Positions 16,566 through 23,389 of a DNA stretch of 23,389 nt are shown one piece after another. This stretch comes from a virus, in IMG/VR virus record IMGVR_UViG_3300037307_000339; one strand, given 5' to 3'. The notes under the pieces were generated by a model. The model made no database searches. It had not been told where the DNA came from and saw only the letters and a program-made list of their open reading frames with translations. The stretch's first letter is position 1; every line of letters begins with the position of its first letter. A program made the translations under genes and the position numbers.

Positions 16566-17036
16566 TTATCGAGTTAGGATGATTGAGAATACCGATTGGG
16601 TTGTAATGGCTTTTGGAATCTCACGACTGCCTGTTGCAACGGGAGTCTCGAGAGTTTTAGGAACGAGATTGATCGACACTTGGGTGGCTTCTCCAGGATT
16701 GCCGTCGCCAGTGATGATTTCAAATTTAAATGCACCCGTTTGATCAAACAAAGTATCAGGTGCTGAGTACCAAGGTTTAGTATACCATGCGTCAGTGTAT
16801 GACAGAACTACAACCTTGTAGCAGCAAGGATGCGCATTTACAACAACTCCTTCCCAAGGCTTTAATGAGCCCTTTTCTGGAATCGTTGTGAGAACGATAT
16901 GCGGTCCAGCCTTAACGTCTGCCGTATAATGGGCGTCAAGACTCTGGGCTGGCAACCTAAATGTCCACGACGGGTCCGCTTGTGCGCTTGCAAGTACTAC
17001 ACAAAATGGGATACTGATGAGTGTTTTGAATTTCAT
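16566..17036 (-). CDS. secreted protein of unknown function (156 aa)
   Basis: Signal peptide MKFKTLISIPFCVVLASAQA; immediately upstream of the HlyD-like gene. Confidence 0.7.
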   Translation of the reverse strand: MKFKTLISIPFCVVLASAQADPSWTFRLPAQSLDAHYTADVKAGPHIVLTTIPEKGSLKPWEGVVVNAHPCCYKVVVLSYTDAWYTKPWYSAPDTLFDQTGAFKFEIITGDGNPGEATQVSINLVPKTLETPVATGSREIPKAITTQSVFSIILTR

Positions 17037-17074
17037 AATAATCTCCTTATGTTACCAACAACAATAAGTCTATG

Positions 17075-17653
17075 TTACCTACTCCCCAATGTCAAGTGTT
17101 TAGCATAAAAATCTACGCCGGTTGGATTTTTAATACTCACCAGATCAACCTCTCCAACCGATTCAATTCTAGGCGATGCTGGCATAAAAGTGGTTTTCAA
17201 TTCTCGATAAATGATTCGCCACAACTCGTTATGATGATGTCTCATTTTGGACTTTTTAGGTACTCTATCATAATACTGCAATATCTTCGTTGGAAACCAC
17301 GATTCTTGAAGTGAGATAGATTCAAAGATGTGCGCCAGTTCGTGACAGATGAGTGCGATAAGAAGTTCGAGACCGCTACCTGTGAATGTTCCGATGATTG
17401 GATCATCCTTTACTCTTTTGAAGCTTTCGTAAAAGGTTCCACCCGTATCCCAGGTAACGAGTGTATCATAAAGAGAAAAAAAGGCATTGTATTTAAGTTG
17501 GCTACCGCTTACGCTACTAGTAGAATACCTGCTAGAGAATGACCATCTCGTATTGACGATAAGGATGGGGATATCATATACAACGCATCCCCATCTTATG
17601 ATGTCTTCCATCTTCTCAGTAAGACATCGAACTATGGCGTTGGGTCTATCCAT
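17075..17653 (-). CDS. putative zinc metallopeptidase-like protein (HExxH)
   Basis: 'LLIALICHELAHIFESI' contains HELAH. Confidence 0.7.
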   Translation of the reverse strand: MDRPNAIVRCLTEKMEDIIRWGCVVYDIPILIVNTRWSFSSRYSTSSVSGSQLKYNAFFSLYDTLVTWDTGGTFYESFKRVKDDPIIGTFTGSGLELLIALICHELAHIFESISLQESWFPTKILQYYDRVPKKSKMRHHHNELWRIIYRELKTTFMPASPRIESVGEVDLVSIKNPTGVDFYAKHLTLGSR

Positions 17654-17910
17654 CCTGGTGTTCTTTTCTTTCGGAGTATGAGTGGCTCAACACTTGCCTC
17701 TTTTGCAACTCTTCCACTAGCAACACAGAATTCGCCATCTTGTTCGACCTCCTTCAGCAATTCAAGAACTTCATCTTCTCTTATAGTCTCAAAATCAAAA
17801 TAACCTCGAAGAAGTTGGATGTGACACATGAAGTCTTGAAGAGTGCAGTCATGTTTAACGATAAGAATTTCTTGGATTTGATCAACATCTAATCGCACGG
17901 TACACCTCAA
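17632..17910 (-). CDS. hypothetical protein (92 aa) between radical SAM and HExxH genes
   Basis: ORF overlapping both neighbours (ATGA-type 4-nt and 22-nt overlaps). Confidence 0.65.
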   Translation of the reverse strand: MRCTVRLDVDQIQEILIVKHDCTLQDFMCHIQLLRGYFDFETIREDEVLELLKEVEQDGEFCVASGRVAKEASVEPLILRKKRTPGWIDPTP

Positions 17911-19328
17911 TACACAGTGAACTTCTGTAGGAATTGACTGAAGTCGTCGTATGGGAAAGGAGCCATCTCATTAGGAGCATACGATGAGGGACCAATCTCT
18001 TGTTTTACTCCATCGATGTAGCAAGAAAACTTACCTTCTTCTGGAGTAAAGAAAATTTCATCAATGCCTTCTTCTCTAAAGGCGTCCTGATACTTCTGTA
18101 CGATAAGCGTGTCTACACCAATGGTAACATAGTCACCATGATGACGAGCCTTCTTGACCATTTCGATCCAGTCAAACTTATAAGGTTGGCGATGATCGGC
18201 GAACTTCTCTCCTCTACCTGTAGGCTTAAAACCGAGGATTGTTAGTGCTAGGTTGTGGTATGCACACTCTTTCAAGATGTGCGGGAAAGACCAATCACTC
18301 ACAACGCCGTCGATGACTTGAACCTGAACTCGGCTTCTGTCGATTCCGTACTTTTCGAGAAGGAAGCCTAATTCGCGAACCTCACGATTGTTATTTACTG
18401 AGAATGCAAATCCGCCTGCATACGACAGGATTTCATTTCGGCGAGTGTCATTCTTTAGCCAGTCTAAGGTCTTAGTTGTGAAGTTGGGAATCACATAGTT
18501 CCATCGACAAGTCCTCAATATCTTTTCAAAATCAGGGTGGGCTGTTGGTTCTCCACCACCGAGAGCCACCTCAAATATCTGATACTTCTTTAGCATATAA
18601 ATGACGTTGTTGATGTAGTTGGTATTGCCATGCTCTCCATTCTTAGTGCTACCCTGATAACAAAACGAGCAACGCTTATCGCAGAAGTCAGTGATCTTGA
18701 GATCTACCAATTCAGGTGCGAAAGCCTTAGTAATCTTGTCTTGCTTGGGGCTTAAGAACAAGCGTATCTTGTTGCCATTGTCTCGATTGAACAGAGTCCA
18801 ATAGCCGTTTAGCGGGTCCTTACGAGCAACGAGATTGACAGTAGAACCGTCATAGAGTAGCGGAAGGACAAATGGCTCATACTTGTGAGCTAGACTATGC
18901 TTTTGGTTGGTGTTGTCATTTCCACCTATGATGACTAAATGCTTTTGCAGCAGAAATTCTTTGTACTCATTGAAGAAGTCAACATCCATGCCAACACCTT
19001 CCCATGTTTTCGGCATTACAGGCATACTCTGGTGATCAATGCCAAGGCATTGATGTAGATCGTTGATATCAATATTCAGCCATGCTTTGATCAAGTCACG
19101 AGTGGCTAATCTGCTGATGATAGGGTCTAGGTGGTGCATTACGATAGAAGCAAGATACTGTCGCTTTGCTTGGTCACTGGCCGCGGTAAAAAAGTCCCAA
19201 CCAAAGCAATCGCTAAGATTGTCCTTGGCTGTACTTTTTTCTTTGGTGATGATGATGGAATGGGTCGATGAACTGTTTGTAGCGAACCCATAACGAACTG
19301 ACTTGACATGACTCATTGAGTACCTCAC
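17907..19328 (-). CDS. radical SAM protein
   Basis: 'DLKITDFCDKRCSFCYQGS' (CxxxCxxC), 'GGGEPTAHPDFEKIL', 'VIPNFTTKT'; N-terminal 'YGFATNSSSTHSIII'. Confidence 0.9.
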   Translation of the reverse strand: MRYSMSHVKSVRYGFATNSSSTHSIIITKEKSTAKDNLSDCFGWDFFTAASDQAKRQYLASIVMHHLDPIISRLATRDLIKAWLNIDINDLHQCLGIDHQSMPVMPKTWEGVGMDVDFFNEYKEFLLQKHLVIIGGNDNTNQKHSLAHKYEPFVLPLLYDGSTVNLVARKDPLNGYWTLFNRDNGNKIRLFLSPKQDKITKAFAPELVDLKITDFCDKRCSFCYQGSTKNGEHGNTNYINNVIYMLKKYQIFEVALGGGEPTAHPDFEKILRTCRWNYVIPNFTTKTLDWLKNDTRRNEILSYAGGFAFSVNNNREVRELGFLLEKYGIDRSRVQVQVIDGVVSDWSFPHILKECAYHNLALTILGFKPTGRGEKFADHRQPYKFDWIEMVKKARHHGDYVTIGVDTLIVQKYQDAFREEGIDEIFFTPEEGKFSCYIDGVKQEIGPSSYAPNEMAPFPYDDFSQFLQKFTVY

Positions 19329-19352
19329 ATAGTAACCTTACATTATGCGCAT

Positions 19353-19381
19353 AGTATAGCCGTAAACAAGCAAGGTGTCAA
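19353..19381 (-). promoter_or_regulatory. sigma70-like promoter for the radical SAM operon
   Basis: Minus strand TTGACA - 17 nt - TATACT. Confidence 0.8.
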
Positions 19382-19392
19382 GGACTTTTGAC

Positions 19393-19468
19393 GGTGCCGC
19401 GAGATGGATTCGAACCAATCACTGGCGGGACTGGTGCGCCCCTGCCTCTTCCTTTGGGCTATCGCGGT
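19393..19468 (-). tRNA. tRNA-like gene, anticodon unresolved
   Basis: CCGCGA/TCGCGG acceptor, TA-GCC..GGC D-arm, T-loop TTCGAAT; anticodon arm GGGGC-GCACCA-GTCCC gives a 6-nt (or 8-nt) loop. Confidence 0.55.
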
Positions 19469-19546
19469 CTTGACCGATTACGAAATGAACAACACGAGGT
19501 TCAGGTTATCTCCGTTGATTCAATTTTCAGAGCTCATCAGTAGAAT

Positions 19547-19783
19547 TTAGTCTCTGGATAACACATCCCTTTCGCATTTGGTTTTAAGATCGATAGTATA
19601 CGTTTGACTTTGGTGTCCTAACTCGGGATCCTTAACAGTAACCAGGTTGTGCTTAAAGAACATGAAGTTCTCTTTGCCACGAGCAACCTTAGTCACTGCA
19701 TTGTACTCATCGAGTTTGGTCAGTGTCTTTCCTGCGAACTCGAAGTCATCGCTAATGTTCAATCCACCAAATCGCTTTTTCAT
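19547..19783 (-). CDS. hypothetical protein (78 aa)
   Basis: ORF in the dominant orientation. Confidence 0.65.
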   Translation of the reverse strand: MKKRFGGLNISDDFEFAGKTLTKLDEYNAVTKVARGKENFMFFKHNLVTVKDPELGHQSQTYTIDLKTKCERDVLSRD

Positions 19784-20080
19784 TTAAGCCACCAATGGAG
19801 GGAGAGGGTTATTGTTGAAAGGAGGGAAAGAGGGTGGCAATTTCTCCGTGTGGAGAATTACGAACATACCCGGCGGTCTCATGTTCTGAAACCTAAAGCG
19901 CATTCCTTCACGAGTAAACAAGTCTAGGTCTGAAGTTGTTTTTGCAGAAACAGGGGCAGCCTTCCTTGTCTTGTCTGCCATCTCTTCCAATGAGACAACC
20001 CATTCGTCCTTGAGAGCTTGGACTACAACCTCTTGCTTCTTTCTTTTTTGTCTGAATGCGTCTAAGTCAACGACAATCAT
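19784..20080 (-). CDS. hypothetical protein (98 aa)
   Basis: ORF in the dominant orientation. Confidence 0.6.
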   Translation of the reverse strand: MIVVDLDAFRQKRKKQEVVVQALKDEWVVSLEEMADKTRKAAPVSAKTTSDLDLFTREGMRFRFQNMRPPGMFVILHTEKLPPSFPPFNNNPLPPLVA

Positions 20081-20475
20081 TTGATCTCAATTCCTCTGAA
20101 ATGAGCGAACAGGACATGGTGGGTTGCTTGAGCCTTTTGGAGTGCAGAGGTCATGGCCATCATTGCTTGTGACAATGAGGTCATCGACTCGACCAGACGG
20201 TTGATTTGTTCTGATTGCTTTTGGAGAGTATCGTGAACAAGTCGGTTGATTCGGTCTTGCTCTTCTTGCTTTGTCACCACTTCATTCAATGCCAAGGCAA
20301 GTACAGCAACGATAGGATCAGTTTTGATCCTCTCAAGCATCTCTTCAAAACGGAATTTGAATGGTAGATTGTCCATAGTATACCTCACGATAAGAGAAAG
20401 GAAAGATGACAAGATAACTGAGACAAGATCGCCCAAAGCGATATTTATATCAAATAAATGTAGTCCCAGAAGCAT
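20077..20475 (-). CDS. hypothetical protein, helical/coiled-coil (132 aa; probable internal start MDNLPFKF)
   Basis: ORF, 'TKQEEQDRINRLVHDTLQKQSEQINRLVESMTSLSQAM'. Confidence 0.6.
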   Translation of the reverse strand: MLLGLHLFDINIALGDLVSVILSSFLSLIVRYTMDNLPFKFRFEEMLERIKTDPIVAVLALALNEVVTKQEEQDRINRLVHDTLQKQSEQINRLVESMTSLSQAMMAMTSALQKAQATHHVLFAHFRGIEIK

Positions 20476-20641
20476 TCATCTTTTTCATTACTTAGCGTTT
20501 GTGGGCAGTATGGTAGCGATGGCTTGTGTCGATCAAGCGTTCTCCAGTTTATGAAACTGTTTGAGAAGCCGTCCTCCCCATCGCCATAAGTGAGTCTTTC
20601 CTGTAGGTCTCGATCATCTTTTCTTTGCTCGGTTGTTTCCC

Positions 20642-20992
20642 CTATTCGAGCTCTAAGATCGGTGTTTGCGTGATCTCACTCAAAAACAACGACAAAGTAT
20701 CTTCTCCAATGTAGTAAGATAGATGGGCTCTTGCTCGAATGACGTTCTGTCTAGCGAAAGCTACCGTTGCTTCTTTGATACCTGCTCTAGTAAAATCGTC
20801 AATATCCTTAACGCATGACACTAGGATACGAGCCGTCTGCATGATCTGTCCGAATAAGAGATTAATGTCATCATTTAGGTACTGCTTGAGCGATGGATGC
20901 GATGTCTTGGCATCATTCAAAACATAGTGCAAGCTTTCGATTGGACCAAGTTTCCTTCGTGCATCACGATAGATTTCAATATACGCGGCCAT
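20642..20992 (-). CDS. hypothetical protein (116 aa)
   Basis: ORF in the dominant orientation. Confidence 0.6.
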   Translation of the reverse strand: MAAYIEIYRDARRKLGPIESLHYVLNDAKTSHPSLKQYLNDDINLLFGQIMQTARILVSCVKDIDDFTRAGIKEATVAFARQNVIRARAHLSYYIGEDTLSLFLSEITQTPILELE

Positions 20993-21129
20993 TTCAGTAG
21001 CAATCCTATGATGTCAATGATTTGCCCTACCACAATGAGCACACAACCAACCTGTATCCAAAAGGCACTAGTTTTTGATGCTCTCCAACTTTTGGTTAAC
21101 TTCATTTTCAAGAATTTAAATGCACTCAT
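20917..21129 (-). CDS. small membrane protein (70 aa)
   Basis: ORF with hydrophobic segment FWIQVGCVLIVVGQIIDIIGLLL; overlaps the downstream gene by 76 nt. Confidence 0.45.
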   Translation of the reverse strand: MSAFKFLKMKLTKSWRASKTSAFWIQVGCVLIVVGQIIDIIGLLLKWPRILKSIVMHEGNLVQSKACTMF

Positions 21130-21171
21130 CTAAGGGCATTCTACTTATATCCGTGTGGTTGACAAGTTGTT

Positions 21172-21282
21172 TATAAAACATTCTTCTTTCGCTCTACCTC
21201 TAAGCTACCTCGGCATTGAAGTAGAGCCGAGGACGGGATTTAAACCCATAACTAAAAGTTTGAATACGAATGTAGTTTTATA
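21172..21282 (-). tRNA. candidate circularly permuted tRNA gene (3' half upstream of 5' half)
   Basis: Minus strand order: ...CTTT TAGTT ATGGG-TTTAAAT-CCCGT CCTCGGC T | CTACTTCAAT | GCCGAGG TA GCTT-AGAGGTA-GAGC G AAAG... Perfect 7-bp acceptor, T-arm and D-arm, CTTT/AAAG anticodon stem, flanks TATAAAA-(CTA)-CATTC pair with GAATG-TTTTATA. Confidence 0.6.
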
Positions 21283-21301
21283 CAGCATTCAACCCTATTG
21301 A

Positions 21302-21380
21302 TGGATACCCCTGTAGGTTTTGAACTTGCGACCTTTCGGTTCGTAGCCGAATACTCTAAGTCCACTGAGCTAAGAGGGTA
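21302..21380 (-). tRNA. tRNA-Arg(ACG)
   Basis: D-arm GCTC..GAGT, perfect anticodon arm TTCGG-CTACGAA-CCGAA, acceptor TACCCTC/AGGGGTA, encoded CCA; weak T-stem. Confidence 0.75.
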
Positions 21381-21384
21381 AAAT

Positions 21385-21456
21385 TGGTGGAGGATCCGGG
21401 TGTTGATCCCGGCAAGGAAGGATTGCAAATCGTTCCTGAGCCCCGACTCATCCCCC
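21385..21456 (-). tRNA. tRNA-Ala(TGC)-like
   Basis: Acceptor GGGGGAT/ATCCTCC, ACCA, anticodon loop TTTGCAA, T-arm CCGGG-ATCAACA-CCCGG; unusual D region. Confidence 0.68.
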
Positions 21457-21588
21457 ATTCGTTTAAATTACTCGACCCTTTCTCCATCCTTCTAGAATGG
21501 GGCTTTCAATTTGCACGTTCATCCGTGATCCCTATCGTTCCGAACAATGCAGATGTAGTCCTACAAAGCATTCGATTTGGTTATTTAG

Positions 21589-21664
21589 TGGTAGCGAGTA
21601 GAGGAATCGAACCTCTCTAGACAGGATTATGAGACCTGTAAGCTCACCAAAACTTGAACTCGCA
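21589..21664 (-). tRNA. tRNA with CAT anticodon (Met or Ile2)
   Basis: Acceptor GCGAGT/ACTCGC, anticodon CAGGT-CTCATAA-TCCTG, T-arm AGAGG-TTCGATT-CCTCT, ACCA. Confidence 0.85.
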
Positions 21665-21670
21665 ATAAAT

Positions 21671-21745
21671 TGGTAGCCAGTGAGTGAATCGAACACTCGA
21701 CAACCTCGGTGTAAACGAGACGCTCTACCTCTGAGCTAACCGGCT
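21671..21745 (-). tRNA. tRNA-Val(TAC)
   Basis: Acceptor AGCCGGT/ACTGGCT, anticodon TCTCG-TTTACAC-CGAGG, T-arm GAGTG-TTCGATT-CACTC, ACCA. Confidence 0.92.
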
Positions 21746-22011
21746 AAAAACGCCGACATAAAATTTCGAGACTTATATCTAGGAAAGGTGATGTAGTCCC
21801 GATGGCATTCGGCATAATCTTACTTATTAATACTCGTCATTCTCGTAGGCATAATACCGATCATTCCAGCGTCAACAGAATAGTCGTTTCCGTCAGAGCG
21901 GACGTAAGTGCTATTACCCTATTGTCAGCCCACACCTGGATAGTCCTAAATCACCTTACGCTGTTTACATTGTTTTCACAATATAGCAGCATCCTTGCTG
22001 CCTGTCAAGCC

Positions 22012-22221
22012 TTACTTAACCTTAACGATTATCCCGTTCTCAACCACGCAACTAGCATACCAGCGATGGGGTTCAGGATAATGTGGTCCCTCAATGTTGA
22101 TCGTACCATTCTTCGGCTCATTGCCACCAAACAGACCGGGCTGGTAGTACGTCACCTGTTCACCCGCAGCAACCGCTTCTTTCAGGGCTTTTTTCGTCTT
22201 AAAATTCCGACTCGTATACAT
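22012..22221 (-). CDS. small conserved-looking phage protein (69 aa)
   Basis: ORF 'TYYQPGLFGGNEPKNGTINIEGPHYPEPHRWYA'. Confidence 0.7.
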   Translation of the reverse strand: MYTSRNFKTKKALKEAVAAGEQVTYYQPGLFGGNEPKNGTINIEGPHYPEPHRWYASCVVENGIIVKVK

Positions 22222-22231
22222 TTAGATTACC

Positions 22232-22372
22232 TCAGTGGAAAACTTCGCTAACATAAACCATGCAGAACACTTCGGTGTTCATTCTTGCCCAGTGGTGGGC
22301 ATCGAAACCCACTTGGAACACCTTTTCATAAACCTCAGGGCAGCCATGCAACTGGTACGTTACCTTAAACAT
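22232..22372 (-). CDS. small hypothetical protein, 46 aa (MFKVTYQLHGCPEVYEKVFQVGFDAHHWARMNTEVFCMVYVSEVFH)
   Basis: Below the ORF-track cut-off; complete ORF with AGAGGAAG Shine-Dalgarno, immediately upstream of the 69-aa gene. Confidence 0.6.
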   Translation of the reverse strand: MFKVTYQLHGCPEVYEKVFQVGFDAHHWARMNTEVFCMVYVSEVFH

Positions 22373-22469
22373 CTAAACTTCCTCTCAGATTGAGACAGTA
22401 GTCGCTTTGCACCCCACAACATCAGACATCGTCGTCACTTGCTGTTGAGTTTGCTTACTTTGTGACTAT

Positions 22470-22497
22470 AGTATAGCACAAATTTTCAGGAAGTCAA
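22470..22497 (-). promoter_or_regulatory. sigma70-like promoter
   Basis: Minus strand TTGACT - 16 nt - TATACT, followed by ATAGTCACAAAGTAAGCAAACTCAACAG. Confidence 0.8.
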
Positions 22498-23060
22498 GTT
22501 TTTTTTTTAAAATAGTTTTCTGAAGGGGAACCCTGTAGAACGTTACTCAGCGCGCGAAACACCGTAGCGTTAAACAGCCTTTCACGGGGTAGGTTGGCTT
22601 CCATCATGATGAACTCCTTCACGAACCTAGCTACTGCTGCACTTCGGCTAACTCCAGCATAACAGTGGACGATAAGATTTATGGGTTGAGGTAACTCGTG
22701 AAGTAGAATGACAAAGTTGACGATTTCGACAGCTTGCTCTTTCGAGATAGGCTTAAGCCTACAGCTTGGATACTCGATATCCACATCATCGAATTGAAGC
22801 TGAATACCATCATACCAAAGTGGATGATTGATCTTAGGGGCTGGTAACTCATCAGGCTCATTCCCGTAAATCGAAATATAAGCGTGAGTTTCTTTTGATG
22901 GAGAATCAGAAGTTGGGTAAAAGTTGATTTGTTTAAATTGAGAACGACTTATGTGTTTCACTGAAAGGATCATATCATTACCTACAGTAGATTGCTTGCA
23001 AAGTGTCCACAGTGTAACATACCTACAACTGAATATTAAGTCCTTTTTTTTCTTACTCAT
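22494..23060 (-). CDS. dual-specificity / tyrosine phosphatase-like protein
   Basis: P-loop 'LIVHCYAGVSRSAAVARFVKEF' (HCxxGxxRS). Confidence 0.85.
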   Translation of the reverse strand: MSKKKKDLIFSCRYVTLWTLCKQSTVGNDMILSVKHISRSQFKQINFYPTSDSPSKETHAYISIYGNEPDELPAPKINHPLWYDGIQLQFDDVDIEYPSCRLKPISKEQAVEIVNFVILLHELPQPINLIVHCYAGVSRSAAVARFVKEFIMMEANLPRERLFNATVFRALSNVLQGSPSENYFKKKT

Positions 23061-23388
23061 TCTTTTTAAAGGTACTTAGTGGTTACAGCTTTTTAAAGGT
23101 ACTTAGTGGTTACAGTTATCTACAATGAAGATAGATCATTTTATTCTTTTTAAATGAAGATAGATCATCTTATTCTTTTAAAGGTACTTAGTGGTTACAG
23201 CTTTTTAAAGGTACTTAGTAGTTACAGTTATCTATAATGAAGATAGATCATCTTATTCTTTTTAAATGAAGATAGATCATTTTATTCTTTTTAAATGAAG
23301 ATAGATCATCTTATTCTTTTAAAGGTACTTAGTGGTTACAGCTTTTTAAAGGTACTTAGTAGTTACAGTTATCTATAATGAAGATAGA
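23061..23388. repeat. nested tandem repeat array running to the window edge
   Basis: AAAGGTACTTAGTRGTTACAG at 23067, 23094, 23179, 23206, 23320, 23347; ATGAAGATAGAT at 23124, 23153, 23236, 23265, 23294, 23377; 141-bp higher-order period (23165 to 23306). Confidence 0.95.
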
Positions 23389-23389
23389 T

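Noticed and set aside
21255-21295. Simple hairpin or terminator explanation for the flanks of the permuted tRNA candidate (GAATG...CATTC, TTGAAT...ATTCAA)
   Set aside because: These local pairings exist as alternatives but do not explain the matched acceptor, D-arm and T-arm halves; no U tract follows.
21252-21458. Minus-strand 68-aa ORF MGDESGLRNDLQSF...
   Set aside because: Covers the Ala-like and Arg tRNA genes; structural RNA explains the sequence better.
21384-21620. Plus-strand 78-aa ORF
   Set aside because: Antisense read-through of tRNA genes ('GVDPGKEGLQIV' type peptides are typical tRNA-complement translations).
21802-22251. Plus-strand 149-aa ORF
   Set aside because: Overlaps the more convincing minus-strand 69-aa protein at 22012-22221 and runs against the prevailing orientation.
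23061-23388. CRISPR array
   Set aside because: Repeated units abut or are separated by other repeated units, not unique spacers of constant length, and no cas-like genes are present.

Overview
The window looks like part of a large tailed-phage (or phage-like) genome. Nearly all credible genes lie on the minus strand and are small and tightly packed. They are interspersed with tRNA genes and with sigma70-like promoters that share a conserved leader. Recognisable products are a SleB-type cell-wall hydrolase, a sugar-phosphate nucleotidyltransferase, a calcineurin-like phosphoesterase, a membrane-linked polysaccharide synthesis/export-like operon (secreted protein, HlyD-like adaptor, TackOD1-like zinc-ribbon protein, processive GT2 synthase, secreted TIM-barrel-like protein), a radical SAM / small protein / HExxH protein operon, and a dual-specificity-like phosphatase. 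The most unusual signal is at about 21172-21282 (minus strand). A tRNA 3' half (T-arm plus acceptor 3' strand) lies directly upstream of a matching tRNA 5' half (acceptor 5' strand plus D-arm). The halves share a perfect 7-bp acceptor stem, and their outer flanks can form a further 12 bp. This is the architecture of a circularly permuted tRNA gene. The right end carries a nested tandem-repeat array that runs to the window edge. All functional calls come from reading motifs by eye; no database search was possible.
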